This document shows, in pieces, positions 21,250-30,698 of a DNA stretch of 64,000 nt (within the stretch, counting starts at the first letter, position 1; each line of letters begins with the position of its first letter). The DNA is from an uncultured Gemmatimonadales bacterium. GTDB taxonomy: Bacteria > Gemmatimonadota > Gemmatimonadetes > Longimicrobiales > RSA9. The notes under the pieces were generated by a model. The model saw only the letters and a program-made list of their open reading frames with translations. It was not told the DNA's origin and searched no databases. A program made the position numbers and the translations under genes. The stretch lies in contig CAWCRS010000007.1 of assembly GCA_963798085.1 (NCBI GenBank), positions 544,001-608,000 of the forward strand, read 5' to 3'.

Positions 21250-22245
21250 CTACCGGTTGCGCGCCTCGAGCCGGTGCTGGAACGCGAGCAGCGTGTCGCT
21301 CAAAAGTCGCGGCTGCTCCTCCTGCATGAATTCGCCGATGTGCGGGAAGCTGTCGGCGACGATGTCCGGGATGTGCGCAGTCATGGCGGTGACCTGGTCC
21401 GGCCGCAGGGGCGAGGACTTCCCGCCGTTGGTGAGCAGCAGCAGGACGGGCAGCTGCACCTGCTCCAGGCGGGGCCCGAGCGGCCAGGGCTCCTTCGCGA
21501 AGGCGAGGGCGCGCAGCCTGCGCAGGGTCGCGGAGAAATCGCGATCGTACGGCGCCGTGTACGCCTCCAGCACTGCGGGCGTGATCCAGGCGGAGTCGGC
21601 GGAGCTGTCGCGCAGACCGTCTATAACGCGATGTTTGACGATGCCCCGCCCGCCGAACAGGCGCAGCAACGGCGCCATGCGCAGCGCGGTGCGCAGCCCG
21701 CCGGAGCCGATTTCCTCGCTGGCACTGCCGTTGATGGAAACGATGCCCGCCGCCAGTTCGGGCCGTTGCAGCGCCAGGCGCAGGGCAATGGGAACCCCCA
21801 CCGCGTGAGCGACCAGCAGCACACCGCGCAGCCCCAGCGAGTCCAGCACCGCCGCCACGCGCGTGGCCTGTGCTTCCGTCGAGTAGTCGGCGCCCGCGGG
21901 CCCCGATGATGCGCCCGTTCCCAGAGGGTCCACCACCAGCACGCGATCACCCGCCGTCGCCAGGTCCGCGCTCACCTTGCGAAAGCCGAAGGCGCCACCC
22001 AGCAACCCGGGAATGATGACGACCGGCGGCCCTTCGCCCAGCGCCGTGACCGCGAGCGTTTCCGCGGGCGCCACCACGATGCGCTGCACCACCGACTGCG
22101 AAGCGCAGACAGGCGGAAGCACACTGCACGGCGCCGCAGCGGCGCGAGCCAACCCGGTGCGCGCGCGGGCAGTCAGGCAACGGCCTGTCCACGACTCGCG
22201 CCCGGCGAGGCTCCCCAGCAGCACAGCAGCAATCAGGCTCAGCAT
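21250..22245 (-). CDS. Alpha/beta-hydrolase fold protein with substituted catalytic residues
   Basis: GEGPPVVIIPG, VDPLGTGAS, elbow reads AHAVG (no Ser/Asp/Cys), C-terminal IGEFMQEEQP where GH is expected. Confidence 0.85.
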   Translation of the reverse strand: MLSLIAAVLLGSLAGRESWTGRCLTARARTGLARAAAAPCSVLPPVCASQSVVQRIVVAPAETLAVTALGEGPPVVIIPGLLGGAFGFRKVSADLATAGDRVLVVDPLGTGASSGPAGADYSTEAQATRVAAVLDSLGLRGVLLVAHAVGVPIALRLALQRPELAAGIVSINGSASEEIGSGGLRTALRMAPLLRLFGGRGIVKHRVIDGLRDSSADSAWITPAVLEAYTAPYDRDFSATLRRLRALAFAKEPWPLGPRLEQVQLPVLLLLTNGGKSSPLRPDQVTAMTAHIPDIVADSFPHIGEFMQEEQPRLLSDTLLAFQHRLEARNR

Positions 22246-22638
22246 TTCGTCCGCTCAGGACACCGCCGGCTCACGTCGCAGTGGCTGTTATCACACGGCG
22301 TGCCCGCTGCTTGTTCCCGAAGCAGCAGGGACGCACGCTGCGGCCGCAGATCCGGACGACCACCGGGTGCCGCATGGCAGGCTGCGGTGCACGCGCGCCT
22401 CGCGACGCGCCGCTGACGAGAGGCGGTCGCGTCGCCTGCATCCGTCACTGAAGCCGCAGGCCGATCGATGCAGGACGCACGCCAGAGCGGGAAGGGAGGC
22501 GACGGGTCCGCAGACTGGATGGAAGCAGCGATCGGGGGTACGAACGTCATCGCGGAGGGGATCGGCGGCGTTCACATTGACAGGATCACCCGCAGACCGC
22601 ACTTCCAGGCAAGGCAGTACACGGCTGAAGGAGGTCCC

Positions 22639-23439
22639 ATGCCGAGCGTGTTCCAGACTCCCGGCGCGCTCCTGCTGCTGGCGCTGGCCGCAGCGCCGCT
22701 CGCGGCGCAGTCCGTCAAGGGTCGCGTGGTCGACGAGAAGACGCGCCAGGCCATTGCCAGCGCGACCGTCACGCTGCGCGCCGCTTCGGGCGAGGTGGTG
22801 GCGCACGACCTGAGCGACCGGGGCGGCTACTTCAAGCTGTCGGCGCACGCGGCCGGCGACTACACCATCGTGGTGGAGCCGCTGGGCTATGCGCCCGCCC
22901 AACGAGCTGTTAGCCTGAGCCCGCACCAGGAGCTGGTGGTGCCCGCGTTCGTGCTGGCGGCGCAGGCCATTCCGCTGGACTCCATCAGCGCCCGGGGCGA
23001 GCGCGCGCCGGACCAGCGCGCGGCCGTCGGGTTCACGCGTTCCAGCATGGTGCTGGCGGCCGGGCGCATGGCCATGCTCGAGCGGCAGGGCGCCACCCTG
23101 ATGACGGCAATTCGCGAGCTGAGCGGCGTGCGCATCCGCGAATTCATGACCGCGGGCGGCCAGAAGGTGACCTGCGTCGAAGCACTGCTGCGCTTCCGCA
23201 GCATCACCGGCGACGAGCGCTACTGCGAGCCCGTGGTCTTCGTGGTGGATGGGGTGCAGATCGGTTCGTCGGACTACCTGCTGCGCAACATGAACCTGAC
23301 CGACTACGAGAGCGTGGAGTTCCTGCCGCCCGCGGAAGCCGGCCAGCGCTATGGTCTGGAAGCCAGTTCGCACGGCGCGGTCGTGCTGTGGACGCGCGGG
23401 CGCGGCCCGCACGTGGACCCGGAACGCAACGGCCGATGA
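22639..23439 (+). CDS. Secreted carboxypeptidase-regulatory-like domain plus TonB-receptor plug-like domain protein (no barrel)
   Basis: Signal peptide, VKGRVVDEKT..IASATV, SDRGGYF; C-terminal PVVFVVDG...DYESVEF...AGQRYG..ASSHGAVVLWTR; AAGGAGG RBS. Confidence 0.75.
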   Translation: MPSVFQTPGALLLLALAAAPLAAQSVKGRVVDEKTRQAIASATVTLRAASGEVVAHDLSDRGGYFKLSAHAAGDYTIVVEPLGYAPAQRAVSLSPHQELVVPAFVLAAQAIPLDSISARGERAPDQRAAVGFTRSSMVLAAGRMAMLERQGATLMTAIRELSGVRIREFMTAGGQKVTCVEALLRFRSITGDERYCEPVVFVVDGVQIGSSDYLLRNMNLTDYESVEFLPPAEAGQRYGLEASSHGAVVLWTRGRGPHVDPERNGR

Positions 23440-24011
23440 GTCAGCCCACGCAATCCCCAAACCCTGTGTTAAAGCGGGCGCGGAGCGGGCGCCGGGACCC
23501 GGCCCTGGCGGCCTCGCCCGCATCCTGTGCGGACTTCAGGCGACGCTTCCCGTCCGGGTCCGCTGCGGGTGAGCGCCGCCTGCGCATCGTCCGCCTGTCG
23601 CCGGCGCGCTGGGTGGCGCCCGTCGCCGCGGCGGGCAACGGCGGATCGGCGCGACCGGCGGAGATCGCAGACCCGGTGGAAGCGGCCAAGGTGTTCATCG
23701 AGGAGCACCTCGGGGAACCCATCAATGTCACGCGCATCGCGCGCGAGGTGGAGCTGACGCGGCCCGGCTTCACCCGCGTTTTCCGCGAGCGCACGGGCAC
23801 CTCGCCCTGGGCCTGGGTGCTGGATCGCCGAGTGGAGCGGGCCGCCCGCCTGCTGGAGCGCCAGGTGCCGCCCTCCGAGGTGGCGGACGCGCTGGGCTTC
23901 TGCGACCAGAGCCACCTGACGCGTGTTTTCAAGCGCCTCACGGGCGCCACGCCCGGCGAGTACCAGAGGGAACGGACAAAAGTACAAGACGAGACGTCGC
24001 CGGCACCTTAG
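23436..24011 (+). CDS. AraC family transcriptional regulator (short, mostly HTH domain)
   Basis: FTRVFRERTGTSP...VADALGFCDQSHLTRVFKRLTGATPGEY; ATGA overlap with upstream gene; start uncertain. Confidence 0.85.
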   Translation: MSQPTQSPNPVLKRARSGRRDPALAASPASCADFRRRFPSGSAAGERRLRIVRLSPARWVAPVAAAGNGGSARPAEIADPVEAAKVFIEEHLGEPINVTRIAREVELTRPGFTRVFRERTGTSPWAWVLDRRVERAARLLERQVPPSEVADALGFCDQSHLTRVFKRLTGATPGEYQRERTKVQDETSPAP

Positions 24012-24058
24012 TTTCCCTCCGCTGACCTGACCACTGGCTCACATTGCCCGGGGGGACA

Positions 24059-24643
24059 ATGAACGCAGCAAGAGACCGGGAGCATCCGGATACCGCCGTC
24101 ACGGAGGCCATCCGCGAGCGGCTGTTCCGCGCCCGCACCATCATTCTGAGTGGTGAAATCGATCAGCAGCTGGCCGCCGAGGTGCTTGCGCAGCTGCTGG
24201 CGCTTTCCGCCGAATCCGACGACGCCATTACCATGTTCATCAATTCGCAGGGTGGTCACGTCGAGTCCGGCGACACCATCCACGACGTTGTGCGCTACGT
24301 GCGACCGCGTATACGCATGGTCGGCACCGGCTGGGTGGCGAGCGCCGCGGCGAACATCTTCCTGGCGGTGCCGCTGGAGGACCGCTGCTGTCTGCCTAAC
24401 ACGCGATTCCTGCTGCATCAGCCGGCCGGCGGGACGGGCGGCAGTGCGGCCGACATCGAGATCGAGGCGCGCGAGATCGTGAAGATGCGGGAACGGCTGA
24501 ACCGGCTCATTGCCGCGCACACGGGCCAGCCCATCGAGCGCATCGAGGCGGATACGAAGCGCAATTTCTGGCTGGATGCGGAGGGCGCGAAGGCGTACGG
24601 CCTGGTGGGTCGCATCATCGACCATGCGGACCAGTTGAACTGA
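24059..24643 (+). CDS. clpP: ATP-dependent Clp protease proteolytic subunit (stand-alone paralog)
   Basis: FINSQGG, GWVASAA (Ser), RFLLHQP (His), DTKRNFW, AKAYGLV. Confidence 0.93.
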   Translation: MNAARDREHPDTAVTEAIRERLFRARTIILSGEIDQQLAAEVLAQLLALSAESDDAITMFINSQGGHVESGDTIHDVVRYVRPRIRMVGTGWVASAAANIFLAVPLEDRCCLPNTRFLLHQPAGGTGGSAADIEIEAREIVKMRERLNRLIAAHTGQPIERIEADTKRNFWLDAEGAKAYGLVGRIIDHADQLN

Positions 24644-24655
24644 TCCGCGGGCGCG

Positions 24656-25492
24656 ATGACGGACTATCTGGACCAGCCGCTGCACGATTACGACCGTCCG
24701 GACCTCGTCTCCGCGTTCGACGAGGTGTCCCTGTGGGCGGCGTCCTTCGGCGCGCTGCTGCTCGAGTACCTGCCGCTGGACCGGGCGCGGCGGGTGCTGG
24801 ACCTGGCCTGCGGCGCGGGCTTTCCGCTGATCGAGCTGGCCGGGCGGCTCGGGCCGGCCAGCCAGTGCGTGGGTCTGGATGTGCGTTTCGCCGCGCTGCA
24901 GCGGGCGGCCCTCAAGCGTCGCGTCTTCGATCGCGACGACGTGGATCTGGTGCTTGGCAATGGCGGGCGCATGCCCTTCCGCGACGGGAGCTTCGACCTC
25001 ATCACCTGCAATCTGGGCATCAACAACATCCCCGAGCCGGCGCGCTGCATGAAGGAGTGCGCGCGCGTGCTCGCCACCGGCGGTCGTCTGCTGCTCACCA
25101 GCAACGTGCAGGGCCATTTCGCCCGGTTCTACGACGTGTTCCGGGAAGTGGTACGCTCACGCGGGCGTCCCGCTGCGCTCCAGCGATTGCACGACAACGA
25201 GGCGCACCGCGGCACGATCGAATCGCTGACCGGCCTCGTGGAAGCCGCGGGCCTGACGGTCACGCGCTGCGTCGAGCGCCCGCTCGAGTACCGTTTCGCG
25301 AACGGCAGCGCGCTGCTGCGCCATCCGCTGGTGCGCCTCGGGTTCCTGCCCGGGTGGCGCAGTGTGATCGAACCGGCGGAGGAGGTCGGTGTCTTCGCGG
25401 AAATCGAGGAGCGGCTCAACACGCACGCGACCGGAACGGGGGAACTGCTCATGACCGTGCCCATGCTGCTGCTCGAGGGAACGCTCTCCTGA
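24656..25492 (+). CDS. Class I SAM-dependent methyltransferase
   Basis: VLDLACGAG motif I, MPFRDGSFDLI, ARVLATGG. Confidence 0.9.
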   Translation: MTDYLDQPLHDYDRPDLVSAFDEVSLWAASFGALLLEYLPLDRARRVLDLACGAGFPLIELAGRLGPASQCVGLDVRFAALQRAALKRRVFDRDDVDLVLGNGGRMPFRDGSFDLITCNLGINNIPEPARCMKECARVLATGGRLLLTSNVQGHFARFYDVFREVVRSRGRPAALQRLHDNEAHRGTIESLTGLVEAAGLTVTRCVERPLEYRFANGSALLRHPLVRLGFLPGWRSVIEPAEEVGVFAEIEERLNTHATGTGELLMTVPMLLLEGTLS

Positions 25493-25793
25493 GACCCGGG
25501 ATTCGCGCAGGGTGCGTTCCGGTTGCACATTCGACGCACTCGCAGTAACCGTTTCCTGCGGGCCAGTGACATCATTGCAGGAGCGCCGGCTGCCGCGGTG
25601 CGAGCCTGCCGGCGCACATCAACCGCACAGTTCACGTTCGCCGCGCCGCGCATTCCGCTCCACCTGCGCCGCAGGACGTTCTCGCAATGCACACGGGTGT
25701 TCTGCGCGTGCCGCGAGAGCGCGCGCAGCGACTGGCTCGAATTCCGGGGTGTCGCACGTGGCATGAGTCGGGCACGCAGATGCGGGAGGGAAC

Positions 25794-26465
25794 ATGAAAA
25801 TCGCAGTTCTCGGTACGGGCATGGTGGGCACCACACTGGGGAGCAAGCTGGTCGCCATGGGCCATCAGGTGTGCATGGGCGCCAGGAACGCAGCCAACGA
25901 GAAGGCGGCGGCGTGGTCGTCACTGGCGGGAAAAGGTGCGTCGCATGACACCTTTGCGGGCGCCGCCGCGTTCGGTGAAACCGCGCTGAACTGCACCGCC
26001 GGACACGCGTCGCTGGAGGCGCTCGCCATGGCGGGCAGTGCCAACCTGAACGGCAAGATCCTCATCGATGTGGCGAACCCGCTCGACTTCTCGAAGGGGA
26101 TGCCGCCCACGCTGACCGTGTGCAACACGGATTCGCTCGGCGAACAGATTCAGCGCGCGCTTCCCGACGTGAAGGTGGTGAAGACGCTGAACACGGTGAA
26201 CCACCTGCTGATGGTGAATCCCGCGCAGGTGCCCGGCAATCACAACATTTTCGTTTCCGGCAATGATGCCGGCGCGAAAGTGCAGGTGCGGCGCTGGCTG
26301 GCGGAATGGTTCGGGTGGAAGCCGGAGAACGTCCTCGATATCGGCGACATCAAGAGCGCGCGCGGCGTGGAGATGTTCCTGCCGCTGTGGCTGCGTCTCA
26401 TCAGTCTTACCGGCAGCCCCATGTTCAACGTGGAGATGGTACGCGGTGTCACCCCCAGAGCGTGA
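25794..26465 (+). CDS. NADP oxidoreductase, coenzyme F420-dependent family
   Basis: MKIAVLGTGMVG Rossmann motif, ILIDVANPLDFS, SLGEQIQ, VVKTLNT. Confidence 0.9.
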   Translation: MKIAVLGTGMVGTTLGSKLVAMGHQVCMGARNAANEKAAAWSSLAGKGASHDTFAGAAAFGETALNCTAGHASLEALAMAGSANLNGKILIDVANPLDFSKGMPPTLTVCNTDSLGEQIQRALPDVKVVKTLNTVNHLLMVNPAQVPGNHNIFVSGNDAGAKVQVRRWLAEWFGWKPENVLDIGDIKSARGVEMFLPLWLRLISLTGSPMFNVEMVRGVTPRA

Positions 26466-26481
26466 ACCCGAGAGGAGCGAC

Positions 26482-27024
26482 ATGAGTGCCTACACCGGAC
26501 GGCCCGCCGCCGACGAGTACGTGCCTGCGTTCGGCGGCTACATCGGACATGTGCCCGCGGGCGACATTGTGGAGATCATGCGGCAGCAGTTGAGCGGCAC
26601 GCGTGCGCTGCTCGAGCCGCTGACCACCGCCCAGGCAGAGTTCGCGTACGGGCCCGACAAGTGGACGATCAAGGAAGTGGTGGGCCACCTGGGCGACACC
26701 GAGCGGGTCATGGGTTACCGTGCGCTGCGCTTCGCGCGCGGCGACGAAACACCCCTCGCGGGTTTCGACGAAAACGCGTGGGTGCCGGCGGCCAGCTTCA
26801 ACCAGCGCACCATGCGCGAGCTGCTGGACGAGCTGGTGACCGTGCGTGCGGCCAGCGCGGCACTCTTCAGCGGACTGCCCATCGACACCTGGGAACGACG
26901 CGGCACTTCCAACGGCCGCACGTTCAGTGTGCGCGCGCTCGCCTGCATCATCACGGGCCACGAGCTGCATCATCGCGACATCCTGAAGACGCGCTACCTG
27001 GCCTCGCCCGCGTTTCCGCGCTGA
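26482..27024 (+). CDS. DinB family protein
   Basis: YGPDKWTIKEVVGHLGDTER, LAGFDENAW, GHELHH; GAGGAG RBS. Confidence 0.9.
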   Translation: MSAYTGRPAADEYVPAFGGYIGHVPAGDIVEIMRQQLSGTRALLEPLTTAQAEFAYGPDKWTIKEVVGHLGDTERVMGYRALRFARGDETPLAGFDENAWVPAASFNQRTMRELLDELVTVRAASAALFSGLPIDTWERRGTSNGRTFSVRALACIITGHELHHRDILKTRYLASPAFPR

Positions 27025-27034
27025 CCGCGGCCGC

Positions 27035-29455
27035 ATGTCACGGAACCCGCCCGGGCGCGAAGCGACGTCGGTGAAGGCGCAGCGGCGCGGGCTGTCCGCG
27101 CTGCTCTCCTGGCTGCGCAGTGATGTGCAACTCGCGGCCCGCTCGCTGGCGCGGGCGCCCGGTTTCGCGCTGCTGGCCGTCATCGTGCTCGGCCTGGGCC
27201 TGGCCGCGGCGGCGCTGGTCTTTGCCCTCCTTAACACAGTGCTATGGCGGCCGCTGCCCTGGGCCCATGCTGATGAGCTCTACCAGGTAATGGTGCGGCG
27301 CGGGCCGACGGGGCGGGAATACTCGTCGACGCAGGTGGAGCGGTCCATCGTGGAGCAGTGGCGCGCGCGGGCCGCGGATGGCGTACGCCTGGTGGCCAGC
27401 AACGAGCAGCGCCACGAGACCGTGTTCTACCTGACCGGGACGGCGCAGCCGGAGCGCGTGCTGGGCGCGTTCGTCTCGCCGGATTTCTTCGATGTGCTGG
27501 GCACGCATGCGCTGCGCGGTCGCGGCTTCGGCAGTGCGGACGGCGCACAGGTCGCCGTGATCGCGTACCGCTTGTGGGTGCGCGCGTTCGGCAGCGACCG
27601 CAACGTCATCGGCCGCACCGTGAACGTGAACGGCACGCCCTGCACCATTGTGGGCGTCATGGCGGAGGACTTTCTGCCCTTGCCGCCGCTGCTGCGCGTG
27701 GAGGTCGACGAGCGAGCCAATGTGTGGGTGCCGCTGCCCGGCGGGGTGGCGGACGGCGCCGGCTACGATCGCGTGATTGTGCGCGTACCTGCGGGTGTGG
27801 CGCGGCCGGCTGTGGAAGCGTCGCTGTTTCAGCTCGCGCGCACGGTCGCCGGCGGCGACCGTGTTTCGGGAATCGAGCTGGCTTCGCTGCGCGATCTGCT
27901 GGTGGGCGCAGCCCGCCCGGGCATGGCCATTGTGGCGCTCGCCGCCGTGCTGACCGTGCTGTTAGCGTGCACCAGCATCAGTGCCGTGCAGATGGCGCGC
28001 TTCACGGCCAGGCGGGCGGAAGCCAGCGTGCGCTCGGCGCTGGGTGCCAGTCGTGGCCGCGTGTTCGTGCACCTCGCGGCGGAGGGCATCGTGCTGGCCG
28101 TTGCCGGCGCGGCAGGCGGACTGCTGCTCGCGCTCTGGGGCCTGGGGCTGCTGCGTGCCATTGCGCCGGCCGGTCTGCCTCGCCTCGACCAGCTCCGCCT
28201 GGGCGGCGGCGCCATCGGCTTCACCCTGGCGCTGGCCGCCGTGGCCGGACTGGGCACCACCATCGTTCCCGCGGCACTCGTGGCTCGCGACGCGCGCGCC
28301 GTGGTGACGCGCAGCACCGGCATCACCGCCGCGCCCGGCCTGCAGCGCACGCGCGAGGCGCTGGTCGTGCTGCAGATCATGCTGGCGCTCGCCCTGCTGG
28401 CGGGGACCGGCCTGCTGCTGCGGAGCATGGAGCGGCTGCAGCGCATGGAAGCCGGTGTGCAGCAGGCTGGTGTCACGGTCATCGACGTGCCTCGCCGGCG
28501 TGAGGGCAACAGGCCCGCCGATGCGCCGTCGTTCTACGCCGAGCTGGTGCGCCGGGTGCGCGCGCTGCCCGGCGTCACGCACGCGACGCTTGCCAGCTCG
28601 GTGCCGTTCCGCCCGCGCGACTATTACGCACCCGATTATCGCCAGCGGTTGATCGACCGTGACTACTTCGGGACGCTCGGCATACCGGTGCTCGACGGTC
28701 GGGACTTCGATGAACGGGATGAGGGCGCCAGCGACCGCGTCGCGGTGATCAACCAGGCGCTGGCTGACAGGCTGTTTGCCAGCGTCGACCCCGTGGGCCG
28801 GCGGGTGGACGACGTCACCGTCGTGGGCGTGGTTGCGGATGTGCACCATGAGAGCCTGGAGGAAGCGGCGCAGCCGGCACTGTACCTGCCCCTGGCGCAG
28901 CAGCCGGATGACCGACTGTCGCTGCTCGTGCGTTCCGCGCTTCCCGCGGCGCAGCTGATCACGGCCGTGCGCGGCGAGGTGGCTGCGCTGGACGCGGATC
29001 AGCCCATCGCGGGCGTGCGTTCGCTCAGCGAAATCGTGGAACGCTCGAGTGCCGTGAGCCGGCGACGCTTCCCGCTTCGCGTGCTGGTCATGATGGCCGC
29101 GTTTGCGGCTCTGCTGGCCACGCTGGGCGTGTACGGCATCGCGGCGCACTCGGTGGTGCAGCGCACGGCCGAGTTCGGGATTCGCGCATCACTGGGCGCC
29201 ACCCGCCGCGACCTGATGGCGATCGTGCTGCGCGGCGCCCTGCGCATGGCCGGCCTGGGCGTGATCGGCGGCGGCATACTGGCCCTGGCCTTCGGCCGTT
29301 CGCTGCGCAGCGTGCTGTTTCAGGTGGACGCGGTGGATCCGGGCGCACTGGGTGCGGCGGCCGCGTTACTGGTGGCGGCGACGCTGTGCGCCTGCCTGCT
29401 GCCGGCCCGCCGCGCCGCGACCATTGACCCGGCGCTGGCGCTGCGGCGTGAGTAG
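27035..29455 (+). CDS. ADOP-type duplicated MacB/FtsX ABC transporter permease
   Basis: RSLARAPGF, LWRPLPW, VSPDFFDVLG, two FtsX-like TM blocks, PARRAATIDPALALRRE. Confidence 0.92.
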   Translation: MSRNPPGREATSVKAQRRGLSALLSWLRSDVQLAARSLARAPGFALLAVIVLGLGLAAAALVFALLNTVLWRPLPWAHADELYQVMVRRGPTGREYSSTQVERSIVEQWRARAADGVRLVASNEQRHETVFYLTGTAQPERVLGAFVSPDFFDVLGTHALRGRGFGSADGAQVAVIAYRLWVRAFGSDRNVIGRTVNVNGTPCTIVGVMAEDFLPLPPLLRVEVDERANVWVPLPGGVADGAGYDRVIVRVPAGVARPAVEASLFQLARTVAGGDRVSGIELASLRDLLVGAARPGMAIVALAAVLTVLLACTSISAVQMARFTARRAEASVRSALGASRGRVFVHLAAEGIVLAVAGAAGGLLLALWGLGLLRAIAPAGLPRLDQLRLGGGAIGFTLALAAVAGLGTTIVPAALVARDARAVVTRSTGITAAPGLQRTREALVVLQIMLALALLAGTGLLLRSMERLQRMEAGVQQAGVTVIDVPRRREGNRPADAPSFYAELVRRVRALPGVTHATLASSVPFRPRDYYAPDYRQRLIDRDYFGTLGIPVLDGRDFDERDEGASDRVAVINQALADRLFASVDPVGRRVDDVTVVGVVADVHHESLEEAAQPALYLPLAQQPDDRLSLLVRSALPAAQLITAVRGEVAALDADQPIAGVRSLSEIVERSSAVSRRRFPLRVLVMMAAFAALLATLGVYGIAAHSVVQRTAEFGIRASLGATRRDLMAIVLRGALRMAGLGVIGGGILALAFGRSLRSVLFQVDAVDPGALGAAAALLVAATLCACLLPARRAATIDPALALRRE

Positions 29456-29517
29456 ATGAAAGATTGCCCGCGGCCGGCCGACCATCGACACGGACACCCG
29501 AGCGGGAACTGGTGACC

Positions 29518-30690
29518 ATGAATGCCTCGCCCGCATTGCATGCGCGCGCACGCGGCTGCGCCGGTCTGCTTCCCGTGCTCCTGCTGCTGGCGGGGACCGC
29601 CGCCATGGCACAGCAGCGCGGACAGCAGCAGGGTCAGCGCGGCCAGCGGCCGCCTCGCCCGCAGGTGGCGATGGACTCGGCGCGCGCCGCGGAGCTGTAC
29701 GTCAGCAACCGGCCGGAAGACGCGCCGCCCGCCAACTATGCGCGCGACATGGAGGCCAAGGCCGCGACCGACAGTATCTACGCGGCGCGCACGGCCGGCA
29801 TCATCGATTTCCGCAGGATCCGCTATCGCAGCAGCGTGGGCGACATGGAAATCCCCGCCTACCTGTTCCAGCCGCTGCAGAAGCGCGGGCCCAAGGGGCA
29901 TGCCGCCATGATCTGGGTGCACGGCGGCGTGCACGGCAACTGGGGCGAGACCATGTGGCCGTTCGTGCGCGAGGCCGTGCAGCGCGGCTACGTCATCATA
30001 ACACCGGATTATCGTGGCAGCACCGGCTATGGCAAGGAGTTCCACGAAGCCATCGACTACGGCGGCAATGAAGTCGACGACGTGCTGACCGCCTACGACT
30101 GGATGGTGCAGAATCTGCCTCACGTGGATCCCGACCGCGTCGGCATCATGGGCTGGAGCCATGGCGGCTTCATCACGCTGCACTCGGTAATGCGCGACAG
30201 CACGCCCTTCAAGGCGGCGGCGGCCATCGTTCCCGTCACCAACCTCGTGTTCCGGCTGTCGTACAAGGGCCCGGGCTACCAGCGCCAGTACGCCACGCAG
30301 CAGAACATCCAGGGCCTGCCCTTCGAGAAGCGCGACGTGTACATCCAGCGCTCCCCGCTCTACCTGGTGCCCAGACTGCACACGCCGCTGCTCGTGCATG
30401 TGGCGACCAACGACGAGGACGTGAATTTCGTGGAGGACCAGCAGCTGATCTGGGCGCTGCGCGCGCAGAAACCGGACATCACGGAGACCAAGATCTACGT
30501 GGACCCGGACCCGTGGGGCGCGAGTGTGGGTCACGCGTTCAGCCGGCGCGTGGATCCGAATACGCTGGAGCGCGTCGATTCGCCCGCCCAGCGCGATTCC
30601 TGGAATCGCACCTGGACGTTCTTCGAGGAACACCTGCGGCCGTACGAGGATCGCTCGAAACCGCCCAGCACGTCGACCGGATCGCACTGA
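29518..30690 (+). CDS. Secreted S9 (prolyl oligopeptidase-like) serine hydrolase
   Basis: WVHGGVH, PDYRGSTGYG, GWSHGG nucleophile, NDEDV, VGHAF; signal peptide. Confidence 0.9.
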   Translation: MNASPALHARARGCAGLLPVLLLLAGTAAMAQQRGQQQGQRGQRPPRPQVAMDSARAAELYVSNRPEDAPPANYARDMEAKAATDSIYAARTAGIIDFRRIRYRSSVGDMEIPAYLFQPLQKRGPKGHAAMIWVHGGVHGNWGETMWPFVREAVQRGYVIITPDYRGSTGYGKEFHEAIDYGGNEVDDVLTAYDWMVQNLPHVDPDRVGIMGWSHGGFITLHSVMRDSTPFKAAAAIVPVTNLVFRLSYKGPGYQRQYATQQNIQGLPFEKRDVYIQRSPLYLVPRLHTPLLVHVATNDEDVNFVEDQQLIWALRAQKPDITETKIYVDPDPWGASVGHAFSRRVDPNTLERVDSPAQRDSWNRTWTFFEEHLRPYEDRSKPPSTSTGSH

Positions 30691-30698
30691 CCCGGGGC

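Noticed and set aside
22577..22605. TTGACA upstream of the plug-like gene as a sigma70 promoter
   Set aside because: The -10 at 17-bp spacing (CACTTC) is poor; not enough support
25794..26465. Evidence for F420 metabolism
   Set aside because: This NADP oxidoreductase family is widespread in organisms without F420, and no F420 biosynthesis genes are in the window
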